DNA of 55,603 bases, filler included, from Squatina squatina (GCA_031763465.1; 4 parts of 4 records of this genome joined end to end with filler, not necessarily neighbours in it), one strand, 5' to 3'; positions 1 to 12,445 are shown, counted from the first letter of the whole stretch. The notes: generated by a model from the letters alone, not told the origin. Numbers and translations are program-made.

Positions 1-205
1 TCCAGTGGTGTTGGGCTGCCCCAGTAATGTGGACCTCCCCAGTAGTGTGGGGCTCTCCAGTAGTGTGGGGCTGCCCCAGTGGTGTTGAGCTCCCCAGTAG
101 TGTGGGGCTGCCCCAGTAGTGTGGGACTCTCCAGTAGTGTGAGGCTCTTCAGTGGTGTGGGGCTCTTCAGTGGTGTGGGGCTCTCCAGTGGTGTGGGGCT
201 CTCCA
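1..205. repeat. 18-bp minisatellite (consensus about CCAGTAGTGTGGGGCTCT), about 11 copies
   Basis: Tandem units are directly visible. They explain the repetitive ORF 79..273. Confidence 0.9.
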
Positions 206-386
206 ATCATACAGAATTTCCAATTGCATTAATTTGTGATTCAAGTATTGGCAGCACTGCAATTGCGAACTAATAAAGTTCAGCATCTCCAGAAGAAAAG
301 TAATGAGAATCACCTGATCACCTCACTATCATGAGAGTAATTGAATCAATTATGCTAATTGAAAAATAAGTTTGGAAAGAATTAAT

Positions 387-589
387 GCGAGTAAAATTCA
401 ACTTTGGCCAGGTATGAAAATAGACGGTAGGGGATCGTTGGCCCATTGTACCCGTCTCCCCCAATTTTCCTTTCCATTGTGGTCAATGCACCATTGGAGC
501 AGCTCTAGAACAATTGGACAGGGTGTATAATAGACGGCTAATCTGCTGGCACCAATTTTGCGTCCCTCCCAAAGTTGACTTTTACCCCC
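387..589. mobile_element. Palindromic MITE, PIF/Harbinger-like
   Basis: Imperfect TIRs gcgagtaaaattcaactttgg (387-407) and ccaaagttgacttttaccccc (569-589). Partial internal self-complementarity. AAT lies on both flanks (3-bp TSD). Confidence 0.7.
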
Positions 590-1115
590 AATGTGTTTAC
601 CCTTTATATTAGCTGAATTTGAAGAAAATAATTTATCTGGAGAATATTGCTAAACAACATCCATATCACTTGAGTTCTGCTCTATTTCAGCTTTTCACAC
701 ATTCTGAAGAATCAAAACTGTGAGAAACAAGTTTAATGTTTGTGCGGTTAGCTCTAAGTTGCTTTGGGATTTCAAGTATCCTTATTTGTGAAGCATGCCA
801 ACTAAAATATTTTTTCCAAGAATTCTTTACTTGTTTTTGTACAGTTCTGCTAGTGGGGAATGTGTAGGTTAACACCACTTGGCATGTCTCTGCTCCAGGC
901 TTCATATTGTGGCTTGAAGGGACGTGCCACATCTGCTGCACCACCTTCCTACTTCAGGAAAAGGCAGAACAATTGCACATTTGACTCAATGCACATGCTC
1001 TGTGTCCTGCAGTCATCTGTTTGCTGACAATGCGAAGCATGTGGTGCCAGCATGAGTTGTTGGAACAGAATTTTACAACAATGAACTCACACTTCTGGCC
1101 TTTCTCCTTCTGCAG

Positions 1116-1233
1116 GTTGCCTTGTTTGTGCAGTTCCTAATTGAAAACTGCTGCAGAATCTTTGGAGATGTCTTCACTTCCTTGTTTAGAGCGTTATCAT
1201 CAAGGAAGTGTGAAAGTAGAGATGATGGGTCAG
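1116..1233 (+). CDS. ARHGAP20: Penultimate coding exon of an ARHGAP20-like RhoGAP (end of the GAP domain)
   Basis: Acceptor tttctccttctgcag and donor CAG|gtaaag. Translation VALFVQFLIENCCRIFGDVFTSLFRALSSRKCESRDDGS matches the recalled ARHGAP20 'VSLLIQFLIENC.RIFGEEITSL' segment. Phase 0 to phase 1. May be a paralogue rather than the orthologue. Confidence 0.85.
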
Positions 1234-1694
1234 GTAAAGAAACTGTTACCCTGTCAACTATATTTAATAGTTTCAAAAATGAATTTACATTTTGACCATG
1301 GATTATATTTAACCTACAATTAATCACTGATTTCTCTGGCATGAGCCTATATTAATGTTAAAGAATTTTTTTCCTGAACTACCTTATGGCACAAAGTCAT
1401 AAATAGCAATTAAGTGATTACATGTATTACAGGTCACATTTAAGTTTTTATTTTCACTAGAGAATATAGGTTAGGTGTGATTGCCAATAGGCAGCATTGC
1501 TGAATTTGAATGTATTGATAGGGTCATTCAAACCTGCCACAATTTCCACAAAGCTGGTAATTGATGTAAAATTAAATGGATGACCAGCTGAAAGACGACT
1601 TTAAAAAAAAAAAGAAATAATTAAAATGATGGGGAACATTTAGTCACTTTAATACCAAACACAGAGGAGGACCATAGTGCCCTGGTGTACCAAG

Positions 1695-2630
1695 CACAGC
1701 AGGTCTATAGAGCTCTATATCTAAATGCACATAGTATCCATAACAAAATGAATGAACTAACGGCATAAATAGAGATAAACGGATATGATCTGATAGACAT
1801 TATGGAGACATGACTACAAGGAGATCAAAGCTGGGATCTTAATATTCAGGGATATTTAACTTTTTGGAAGGACAGACGGGAAGGAAAAGGTGGTGGGGTA
1901 GCTCTCTTAATAAGAGATGAAATGAGTACAATTGTGAGAGATAATCTAGGCTCTGAAGATGTAGAGTCCATCTGGATGGAAGTAAAAAAACAGCAAGGGA
2001 AAGAAGACACTGGTAGGAGTAGTGTATAGACTCCCAAACAGTAGACACACTGTAGGAGAGGGTATAAATCAACAAATAATGGGAGCGTGTAAAAAGAGCA
2101 GTGTAATAATTGTGGGTGACTTTAATCTTCATGCAGATTGGGTTAATCAAGTTGGAAAGGGTAGCTACGAGAACGAATTCATAGAGTACATTCGGGATAG
2201 TTTCTTAGAACAATACGTTATGGAGCCAACTAGAGAACAGGCTATCTTGAATCTGGTAATGGGTAATGAGGCAGGTTTAATAAATGACCTCAGAGTAGAA
2301 GACCCCCTCGGAAGTAGTGATCATAACATGATAGAATTTTGTGTCCAGTTTGAGAGAGAGAAACTTTGGTCGGAAACAACTGTATTTAACTTAAATAAAG
2401 GGACTTACAATGGAATGAGGATGGAGTTGGNNNNNNNNNNNNNNNNNNNNNNNNNNNNNNNNNNNNNNNNNNNNNNNNNNNNNNNNNNNNNNNNNNNNNN
2501 NNNNNNNNNNNNNNNNNNNNNNNNNNNNNNGACTTGAGAAATGTCGGATCAACCATGATCCAATTGAATGGCGGAGCGGGCTCGACGGGCCGAATGGCCT
2601 ACTCCTGTTCCTACTTCTTATGCTCTTATG
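1695..2630 (+). mobile_element. Degenerate CR1-clade LINE: AP-endonuclease region, gap, then 3' tail
   Basis: Motifs GGGVALLI, IIVGDFN, FLEQYVMEPTREQAILNLV and LGSSDHNMIEF, with stops and frameshifts. After the gap comes the typical shark CR1/HER1 tail gaatggcggagcgggctcgacgggccgaatggcctactcctg. Confidence 0.9.
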
Positions 2631-3070
2631 GTCTAGGTCCTGAGAAAGGGAGAGGAAAGTGGGAGGGGGACATGGTTGAGCGTTGGCTGGCAGCAGCTGG
2701 GAATACTGCTCTGGATCTGGAAAGAACATTCCTGCTCTTCCCAGCTCCACATCAAGGTAAGTATAAAAAAAATACATGTTTTGACAATGGCCTCCATTGA
2801 TCCCATTACCAGCCTCTGGTAAGGCTGTTTGTAAATCAGGAAATGCTGCCTAAATCAGGCCCAGCACCAGCTTCATTCTGCACTGCGAATTTCCTGGAGG
2901 GGTCCTGAAAACAGGCATTGAGCCCATCATTTACATATACAAGGAGCCTAACTCTTGTTTCGGACAGGCACCAGGGGTGTCTGGAATGCTACCGTCACCA
3001 ATATGGCAGCACCAATGCCACAGACATAGATCAGTCATGGGGCGTTGCACATCAAAATTGATCCTCACAG

Positions 3071-4887
3071 CCCCTAATGTATGCCTAGAAAATGAGCTCA
3101 ACGATGACACTAATTCTCCATCGTCTAACCTAATGGCAAAGAGAAGCCAAGACAATAGAAGCAGGGACTCTGTTCTCAGCTGGAGCGACTGTGATCTCGA
3201 CCAACCCGAGGATGAAGGAATTCATGTAAAGGTTCCATTGAAAATGAAGCCCTGGCAAATTTCTTCAGTTTCCCAGAATAAAAGTGTGAGCTGTCAGTTT
3301 TCTAAAAATGGCGTCCTGGGCTCTAACAGTTCTGGTTTCTCCACCTGCGAGAGGCTCACAGTCCCCAGAAGTCACAGACGTTGTTCAGAGCCCAGTATAC
3401 TTCCTCCTGCTTCACAGTTTGCTCAACTCTGCCAGAATCATGAGACTGTGATTCGTAAAACTAGTTGTGATGCTGTCATGACTCAGTCAGACGAGAACTG
3501 CCTTGTGCAACTGCAGACGCTACAGATTGAGGGCCAGAAACTCATAAACACGGGCATTGATCTGGACAAGTCCACCAATGGCAGTCATAAAGTTGCGCAG
3601 AAGGGATCTCAGAACAGTAGCCGACTTCAGCCACCTCCACCCCTCAAACTGAATATCTCCTCGACAACTAGCAGCTCCAGTTTGTCTTCTCCTGGCACTT
3701 CACCCTCAGGCTCCTCGATGAGTTCACTTGATAGTGCTTTCTCACACAATGCAGAATACTATGTGTTTACCCCAAGTGAAATCTTCTCGCCTTCCTGTTC
3801 AGCCACACAGGCTCAGAAAGGCCAACCAGCCATGTTAGCTAGCCCTAGTATCTTTAAACACTTTTCTAGCCTCCTACCCCCTGGACAGGGTTCCAGCACA
3901 GCTATTGCTTCCTCCTCCACTGCATTAGAAATACACAAGAGAACTACTAGCCTGACAGAGGAAAGCTCAAAATGCATCACCGAGAAGAGTCCGGTCACAC
4001 TGCACCCCAATAGTTGGCTGAAGAAAAGTGGAAGCTGGACACTTAGAAAAAANNNNNNNNNNNNNNNNNNNNNNNNNNNNNNNNNNNNNNNNNNNNNNNN
4101 NNNNNNNNNNNNNNNNNNNNNNNNNNNNNNNNNNNNNNNNNNNNNNNNNNNNNNNNNNNNNNNNNNNNNNNNNNNNNNNNNNNNNNNNNNNNNNNNNNNN
4201 NNNNNNNNNNNNNNNNNNNNNNNNNNNNNNNNNNNNNNNNNNNNNNNNNNNNNNNNNNNNNNNNNNNNNNNNNNNNNNNNNNNNNNNNNNNNNNNNNNNN
4301 NNNNNNNNNNNNNNNNNNNNNNNNNNNNNNNNNNNNNNNNNNNNNNNNNNNNNNNNNATGAGACTTCTCCAGGACAGAGTGGACTTAACCAGATTCCTCG
4401 GACTGTCTTTTACGGGCAGAATTCATCGTTGTGCCTTCAGTCGACACTACGTCAACAATCGCGCCCATTCACACTAGGGGAGAAGGTTGCCCAAAGAGCA
4501 GCTGATGGACGCTCTTCTGACTGGGTAACTCCTGTTCACCGGGGCTCTCCGAGCCATGGGGACATCTGTGAGAGTGCCGCTAATGCACATCTGTCCGGAA
4601 CAAAGGGCGGGATGTTCCAGGAGAAGAAACTGTTTTCCTCAGTGAGTGGGCCACACACAGCTGAGCAGGAGCTCAGTAGTCGGCGCTCTGTTGCTCTTTC
4701 CCAAAGTGCAGCTAAAGCAGTTGAGGATTATTTTTTTCAGATAGATGCTGAGAACTGTTTGATAAAAACACAGGAAGTGACTGACGCTATGATCAAGAGC
4801 AAGAAGGAATGGCAGAAGAAATGCTGCAGCGATCCAAAATTTGAAGACTTTGAACAAGTGTTCTTCGCAGAGGAGTCTTACGTGTAA
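3071..4887 (+). CDS. ARHGAP20: Long terminal coding exon of the ARHGAP20/TAGAP-family RhoGAP, with a 305-N gap inside
   Basis: LENELNDD...RSRDSVLSWSDCDLDQPE resembles ARHGAP20 'SLENELNED...RSMDSVLTLSDYDLDQPE'. It also has RRCSEP, a Ser-rich tract, and a C-terminal FFAEESYV* (class I PDZ-binding motif). The 5' boundary is uncertain: AG acceptors before 3071 and 3089 are both phase-compatible. Confidence 0.85.
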
Positions 4888-5376
4888 AAACCTGTTTGTA
4901 AAGTGTCATATTATTTCTTTAAAAACCTTTTGGAAGATATGTTAACTCTGCTTCAATTAAAGCTGCCTTGGAACATTATTACAACATAGCTCTTAACATT
5001 TAATCTAAATAGCTGTAAGTATATTTTTGACATAATGACAAATTTGATTTTTTTTTTACATATATGCTTTATGATATGTGCAGGTCTTGTATGAAGTAAT
5101 CTGCTTGTCCTCTGCAAAACAAAAATGTATTTACCTTTGATTCAAAAAAATTAAGTTGTTTAACAATAACTTATATTCTAAAAATTAAGGCTGCTAAGTG
5201 GGGATATGCAAAGAACTGTTCTGACACTTCTGTCCTGCCCTGAAACTGCATGATGATATTAGAGTGAGTATAAGTGAATTATCAACATTGGTTCCCACAC
5301 CCAGTCAAATAACATCCATCAGCTTGGGTACAGCAAAATTAATAGAGACTTAGCAATGTAAATACATTGATATTCC

Positions 5377-5458
5377 AATGCAGGAGAAATTTCTTCACTC
5401 AGAGGGTGGTGAACCTGTGGAATTCTCTACCACAGAAGGCAGTGGAGGCCAAGTCATT
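5377..5458 (+). mobile_element. CR1 ORF2 3' fragment
   Basis: RRNFFTQRVVNLWNSLPQKAVEAKS is the canonical CR1 ORF2 C-terminal motif. Confidence 0.85.
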
Positions 5459-6974
5459 NNNNNNNNNNNNNNNNNNNNNNNNNNNNNNNNNNNNNNNNNN
5501 NNNNNNNNNNNNNNNNNNNNNNNNNNNNNNNNNNNNNNNNNNNNNNNNNNNNNNNNNNACTGTTCACACCCAATTATCACTTGAATTTTACACAAGTGTA
5601 TTTTTAGGCAGGGGTTAATGGATAGCAATCAGGAGCAGAAATCGCAATTGACTTTTTCTTCCCTAGGTCAGGAGTGGTATGGCCAATTCCAGCAACCTTG
5701 CTACCAGCCATTGAATCGTGCTGATCAAGGATTGAACCCATGGTCTTCCTGATCTAGATTATTTGGTATCACGTTGAACAACATCTTTACCCGCAGAGCC
5801 TTTGGGACACTAACCAAAGTAACCAAAACTATAGATCTTTCTTTTAAATAACTAATTGTGAATTACAAAATTACAATTGTGTTATTTTCTATCCAAAAAC
5901 GCTCAACTACAAACTGTTTAGTTGTTTCCAGTGAGGGTAGGTGTACTCAAATAAGTCAAAGTTGATCTTCACTTTCAATGCTCTAGGCTGAAAATCCAGT
6001 TCTATTGCGAGAGTTTTAAATAAACAGGGCCGGGGGCAGAAGAGCATAGAAGGCAAAAAAAAAGGAACTGAAATTCCAGTTGCACTGAGAGAACACTATT
6101 TCAACATGTACAATAGGAGTTACTGGGAAGCAATCACTAAGCAATGAAAAACTAAATTGAAATATGTAATCCACTATTCAAGAATCACACAAAAGATTTA
6201 TAGTGAGGATCATTCACTGACAGGGTCTCATGTGGTGTCTATAATAGAGTGGGAGCCAGAAGCAATATACGTTGCCTCAGAGGTCATGACTTATCACAGC
6301 AAGTTATAGTGAGAAGATGCATAAGGATTAAGACGTTTACTCGGAAATGAAAATGATTTCCAGAGTGAAACAAAACTCTTTTCCATGATCCTTGTATTAC
6401 ACCTAAGCTCTGTCAATTTTACTACATTTGGTTTCTGGTCTAGTCTCCACCCAATACAGCACATCTAAGATTGGGAATTTAGTGGTGTGGGGACAGGAGT
6501 CTGCATCCTTCCACTTTGGTGCTATGTGCTAGTATTCCAATACGGAGCACTACTGAGCATAACAGATCTTTTAAAATTCTATTAAGGTTTTATTGAATTG
6601 CTGTTTCACAACTTAATTTGTGGAAAATCACATCAATGCAAAATGTTACTATCCTCATACAGGCAAAATATGTAATAACTGTAATGTATCTGATGATGTC
6701 CAGGTACATTTTACTTAAACCTAAATTAGAACTTTACACTCATAAGAGTAAATTTGACATGGAATTGCACTGCTGATTCTACAATATTGCATCTAAATTG
6801 CATGAAGTTGTCATGACAGAACATGTTTTTATGTTATATGCTATGGAATGGAAATTCAGCATCGAAACGAATTTGAAAAAAACTTTAAAATTCAGTTTGG
6901 ATAAAACTATCATCTGACTTGTTTATACAAGATACAAGTGACACAAAACCAATGAAGCAGAAGTGTGGATACCT

Positions 6975-7707
6975 GGGGGGCGAAATTCATGGCCTCGTCG
7001 CGCCCGATCCGTGCCCACTGGAGGCGCTCCCAGTGCACAAAGGGCTTTTTTGGCGCTGGCGGCGCAGGTCTCACCCAGCAGGACACTCATGTCATGGTTT
7101 GCAGAGGCACCCATAGGAGACGCCTCCACGGGCCGATACCGGGAGCGCACGGTGATTGTGACATCATCACCGTGCACACCGCCCCATGAGTGACCCAGCA
7201 GGACATTCGTCACCAATAACGTTGAGTGCACCTGGTGTTAGCAATGATGGCAAAATCTGTCACTGAACAGTCGGCCCTGGAAGCACCGCCATTAATAAGA
7301 ACACAGTGAATCAGTTGCTGTGGGATGCGGCAGTGAAGAGGAGGGTGTTCAAACGCTCAGGCGCATGTTGTTGTGGCAACGACTTGCAGAGGTTAGCAAC
7401 CAGGAAAAAATTTGTTTTCATTGCCTCATATTTGTCCAAGGCCAGTGTTCAGATTCATTTACATAGCACCATGGGTGCAGTCCTGGCAGTCGACCGTCTC
7501 CTGCTGCTCCATCCTAGGAGGTACCCGATTAGAAGGAGAAGGTGGAGGCAAATACATTGTCAAAGGATGCAGCAGAGAGATGCCCGAAGGCGAGAGGTAG
7601 TTGAGGCAGCCCCAGCACAGCAAATGGAAGAACCCGAAGCTGCAGAGGGACCAGCAGATAGGCATAGGCAGAGGCCACACAACAGAGGAAGGAGGAGGCA
7701 TCCACAC
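6975..7707 (+). mobile_element. Harbinger transposon left end and N-terminus of a HARBI1-like transposase
   Basis: GC/CpG-rich block starting ggggcgaaattca. ORF MGAVLA...RRRRWRQ...RGRRRHPH has the Arg-rich N-terminal style of fish Harbinger transposases and is cut by a gap. Confidence 0.55.
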
Positions 7708-7808
7708 NNNNNNNNNNNNNNNNNNNNNNNNNNNNNNNNNNNNNNNNNNNNNNNNNNNNNNNNNNNNNNNNNNNNNNNNNNNNNNNNNNNNNNNNNNNNN
7801 NNNNNNNT

Positions 7809-8440
7809 GGGACTGCAGGCGGATGATTCCATCTCGGATATCCCGACCAGAAAGGGACTGTCTGGGTTGCATCCTTTCTTCTGCTCCCTCCTCTTCTGTG
7901 TCTTCCTCTTCCCTCTGAGAGCATTTGCTGCAAATTTGAAATGACTGCATAAAATGCTGGAAATACTCAGCAGGTCAGGCAGCACCTTGACCTGAGATGG
8001 GAAATCTGTTTCTCCCTCAATGGGTGCTGCCTGACCTGCTGAGTATTTGCAGTATTTTCTGTCTTCTCAGTGGCCTTCCTTTACCATCCAATGCCTTGCA
8101 AGTGTCCAGCAGCATTCCCTACACACTTAAAAACCTTTTAATATCTGTTGCAGCAAGCCACTATTTCAGTAAAATAAAAAAAAAGGTCAAAAAGCTTAAA
8201 TGCAAACTTACCCAAAAGATGTTTGTGTCACTTTAAGAGGTGCTGACACGCTGCATGCTGGGTTTACCTGGTGTGCTTAGGAGCCAGCGCTGAACTCAGC
8301 ACAAAGATCTAAGTTTGTCGTGATGATGATAAGTTGGTATTGCACACCGACTGACATCACCGCTATGTCTTTTAAATCTGCAGGGCGATACATCTTATGC
8401 TTAAAACGAGTTAATACCTGAATATTTCTGAATTAGGCCC
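7809..8440 (-). mobile_element. Internally deleted Harbinger derivative
   Basis: Minus-strand acidic tract followed by RQSLSGRDIRDGIIRL resembles a Harbinger transposase C-terminus. The end tgaattaggccc resembles the reverse complement of the terminus at 6975. Confidence 0.45.
7951..8058. repeat. Hairpin-shaped Penelope-type terminal-repeat remnant
   Basis: aaaatgctggaaatactcagcaggtcaggcagcac is nearly perfectly inverted by gtgctgcctgacctgctgagtatttgcagtatttt. Same family as 34646-34811. Confidence 0.7.
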
Positions 8441-9768
8441 TAGAGAAACCTTCTGTGCATTAAATATATTTATACCATAGGCTACATTGCTTATCTTATG
8501 AGATAATACCCATGAGGTACAATTTTCACAGCACTATTTTTGCTTCATATATGGACACCACAGAATGTGTTCACTGTTTAAATTCTAATAGGTGTCTGTA
8601 CAAAGCAACAGTTGTTGCCCGAGCAACCACACTGCTACCAATGAGCGGAAAAAATAAATGAACCAATTGAAAAAGTCCCTCCAGTTATAGCCATGGCAAC
8701 GATGGCAGACCATTAATTGTTTCTGCTTTAGAAAATATTGCATTTACTGTGCCTTCACCTTAATCCACAGTTAAATTGCCTTAACTGGATTCCCATTATC
8801 TGGCTATTTCTAAGCTTAAAAACAGGTAGAAATATAAAGTCAGGCTTCAGATATCATACTTAAGACATCACATTTAAAAGTGTGAAAAAGAAAGAAAGCC
8901 AATCTTTTTGTGTTGGTTTAATTTGCTTCAGCAATTAAACTTGAATTTAGCTCAAGATATTTAGACTACTTTTCCACAGGGAATACCAAAGCAGCGGACT
9001 AAAGGCTCCATCTTGGCGGCTAAACATCACAGTTTTGCTTGAGATTCCGTGGGTACTGCTCCAGATATCAGTTAGTTTATATTTATTTCTGTTGATATAT
9101 TATTTGACTCACTATTTGAAGTTAATAGCTAAGTAATTTATGATGTATTGTGAAAGAAGCCTTTATCCATTGGACTTCAAGAAATTAATATTGAGAATTA
9201 CATGCAGAGATGCTAGTGAAAGCATTGTTTGAGTGACAGAAGCCCAAATTATATTTGAATTACAAATCATTGTTGAAATCCATTCCTTGTTCATCACTTA
9301 ATACAGCTGTAAATTATCACATGATTACTTTATTCTTCACAGCCCACACTTGTCATACCAAATTTTATACTCCCACACAGCAATTGAGTCATAAGTTGTT
9401 GACTATATCACAGCATTTGCAAATCTTCCATAATAGTTTGGTTTACAGAGGTTATATCACCAGTGATAATGAGTTGCACTAGTTCATTTGAGAGTGTGAG
9501 AGGCCCATGAGCTACATAAATGAGTCACAATAGTCTTTCACACATGAAATAATGGCTGGGATTTACTGGCGAAGATTAAACATTCTTTGTTTGTTCCATG
9601 AGACTACAACTCCAGTCAATAAAACCTCTTTAAATTAATTCTGTTAACATTCACAGTGCTATCAATCATAAATGTGATTTATCAGAGACTCACAGTAGTT
9701 AACTACCTGGAAGAACTCAAGTCAGTTATTCAGAAAGGTTTCCAGCTCAGAAATAAAATATAAACATT

Positions 9769-9906
9769 GGCCCGGATTTTGCGGTCAGTGATAAGGGGGT
9801 GGGACTTGCCATTCATCACGTTTACAGCTGCCCACAGACTTTTGCGGGCTGTTGAGAGGCAACTTATGGTTCCAAGAGACCATTTCCAGCACGGCACCCT
9901 CTACAG
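9769..9906. mobile_element. Partial copy of the non-autonomous DNA transposon at 37724-38332
   Basis: tggcccggattttgcggtca...acagctgcccacagacttt is reverse-complementary to about 38200-38332. Confidence 0.7.
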
Positions 9907-10302
9907 NNNNNNNNNNNNNNNNNNNNNNNNNNNNNNNNNNNNNNNNNNNNNNNNNNNNNNNNNNNNNNNNNNNNNNNNNNNNNNNNNNNNNNNNNNNNNN
10001 NNNNNNTCTGGTAAATATTAACCAAGTTTTACTTCCCGCCATTGTTTAATAACTTGTGGTTTGGCATTAATTCACTGTTGACTTTGTTGAAGAACAAGTA
10101 TCATTATATTAAACATGTCAGTTAAAATTGCACTCTATTAATATGTTAACATGAAATTCCTCTGCTATTTTAAAAAACTCATTACTAATATCACATAGCA
10201 CAATTAAATGCCATGGTTTCTTGCAATGCAGAATAATTTTTTGATCTGAATCTACAAGCTAGACAAATTACTTCTCAAAGCACACTCAGTGTGTTTCCTA
10301 TA

Positions 10303-10735
10303 CTGTTAGCTTTGGCTCAGTCATAGCACATTCACCTCCGAGTCAGAAGGTCATGGGTTTAAATTCCACAGCAGGATTGGAGTACATAATCTAAATTGAC
10401 ACTTCATTGCAGTTCTGAGGGAGTATGCATTGTGTGAGGTGCTGTGCTTTGGATGAAAAGTTAAACTGAAATGTTAAAATGATGAAATGTCTGCCCTCTC
10501 AGGTAGAGGTAAAAGATCCTATCACACTATTCAAAGAAGAGTAGGGGAGTTCTTCAGTATCCTGACCACCAAAAGCAGATTAACAGTCATTTATCTTATT
10601 GCAGTTTGTGGGACCTTACTGCATGCAAATTGGCTGTCATGTTTAACTACAAAATAACAATAACTGTACTTCAAAAGCAAATAATTGGGATGTCCTGATG
10701 TGAAAGGAACTATATAAATGCAATTTATTTCTTGT
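10303..10735 (+). mobile_element. tRNA-derived Deu-domain SINE (SacSINE1-like)
   Basis: Pol III A/B-box-like head (tggctcagtc...gggtttaaattcc), central gtctgccctctcagg...aaaagatcc...cactattcaaagaagag, and an L2-type tail tgtgaaagg..tatataaatgcaa. Confidence 0.8.
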
Positions 10736-11724
10736 TTATTTTTATTATAATGATTGTTTGACAGTAATACATACTGGTAAAAGTATTTGTTAGTGCCTTG
10801 ATGGCTTAGTAATGAATTAAGTTACCACCCAAGACTGTACTGTGTCATAAGGGCCAATTTTTCTGGGATTCATGGAAGTGAGCACAATGTCTGGGTTTCA
10901 CACTGGAATAGTGCCATGGGTGATGTCACATCACTGCTCCCCAATTTCTTGTCAGGGTTAATTAGCATGTTCTGGGCATAGACATGAAGATATAGGAAAT
11001 TGAAGCGCTCCTGCAGGCGTTGAAGGAGCTGGTACATCTTATGGCCTTGAGAGAGCCTGTAGAAGGAACGTAAAAGCTGAGCATGGGTNNNNNNNNNNNN
11101 NNNNNNNNNNNNNNNNNNNNNNNNNNNNNNNNNNNNNNNNNNNNNNNNNNNNNNNNNNNNNNNNNNNNNNNNNNNNNNNNNNNNNNNNTCTTTAAATATA
11201 AATTGCCTTACTAATATCTGTATAAAGGAGAAAAGTGAAGCCATCGATGAGTCTGGAAAAGAGCTGTTATGGTTTGCTGCAGTGTGCTATTTTTTTGGGT
11301 TTTCTTCACCTTTCTGATCATTGCTTCAGGGTCAGCCCTAGTGCAATAGCCCAGTGGTACTTCAAATTGACTTGTACTTTCCTGCTTAACAGGCAAAGGC
11401 TAAAGGTTAATATTACTGCAATATAAAGGCAAATCAATAGTAGTATAACATTAGTGGTCTTCAGGACAATCTGATGAAACCTTTCCTTACAGTGGGTAGG
11501 TGAACAAAAGGATCGGGCTCCAGACACCAGTGAATAACTCCTGAATGCAAAAAGAATTGAAGACTTACCATTTGCTGGATGACCATCACTTGAACCAAGT
11601 ACTGCGAGAGTGCTGGAATATTGTTTAGAAAACATATAGTGATCTTGGAGAAAGTCCAGTGATGACTCACCAGGGGATGATGGCTGGTGATTTATGTTTA
11701 AAGATTGGCTAAATTTAGTGCTTT

Positions 11725-12070
11725 ATTCCCTGGAGATGGAGGTTAAAGAGCAATCTAATGGAGTATTTTTTTAAATGAAGGGAATTGACTGGGTTGATGG
11801 GGCCTGACTCACCCCTCTAGTAGAGGAATCTAGTATAAGGTGTCATAGAATTTAATCTATGCTATTCAAAATTGATTCTAGAAAAAACTTCACACGAATT
11901 CCAGGATTATGGCACAATTTCTCTCGAAGGCTGTAAATGCAAATTGGTTGAGGTCTTTAAAAGAGAGCGAGGGATACTTGAGAAGCAAGTGTTGAAGGTA
12001 ATGGAGAAAGAGCTGGGAATTGGGATTAAAAAGATGGCACAGCAGGCTTGAGGAGCAGATGTTATTTGTG
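11725..12070 (+). mobile_element. Highly decayed CR1 3' fragment
   Basis: Residual similarity to the CR1 ORF2 end and tail (ttattccctggag..., cagcaggcttgaggagcagatg). Confidence 0.5.
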
Positions 12071-12074
12071 ATTT

Positions 12075-12445
12075 TGGTTAGGGCCATTTCAGTACTGTGG
12101 CAGAAGGGAAACTGGACTGGAGAGGCTCAAACATGGAGTTGTGGGAAAGATGGACATGGATTTAGGGAATGGGAATGACAGCTTGTTTAAGGATTTGAGA
12201 GGTGATGGGGCAGTAGTTTGGAAGGACAAGGAGTGAGTTTTCTTTTTAAGGAGGTGGCTAATGTCTGCAGATTTGAAAGTGAGAGGGAACACTCAGCCCG
12301 CATGACAGCCAGGAAGGGAAGTTGGTTGGTTAGTAGTTTAATGGGAATACAGTCGAGAGGGCAGGGGATGGGTTTCATGGACAAGGTGAGCTTGGAGAGA
12401 GAGAGTGTGAGGGGAGAGAGAAACTAGAGAAAGATAGTGTTCAGG
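12075..12445 (-). mobile_element. Decayed L2-clade LINE reverse transcriptase fragment
   Basis: KPIPCPLDCIPIKLL resembles the L2 motif 'PTTCPLDPIPTKLL', followed by FKSADISHLLKK. Confidence 0.7.

Noticed and set aside
1-205. CRISPR-like array or repetitive ORF 79..273
   Set aside because: Head-to-tail 18-mers with no unique spacers, in eukaryotic context with no cas genes; a minisatellite.
2977-3070. 5' extension of the 636-aa ORF as a single-exon gene
   Set aside because: It starts at GTG in non-homologous sequence. The ORF is the terminal exon of a spliced gene and is read through N gaps.
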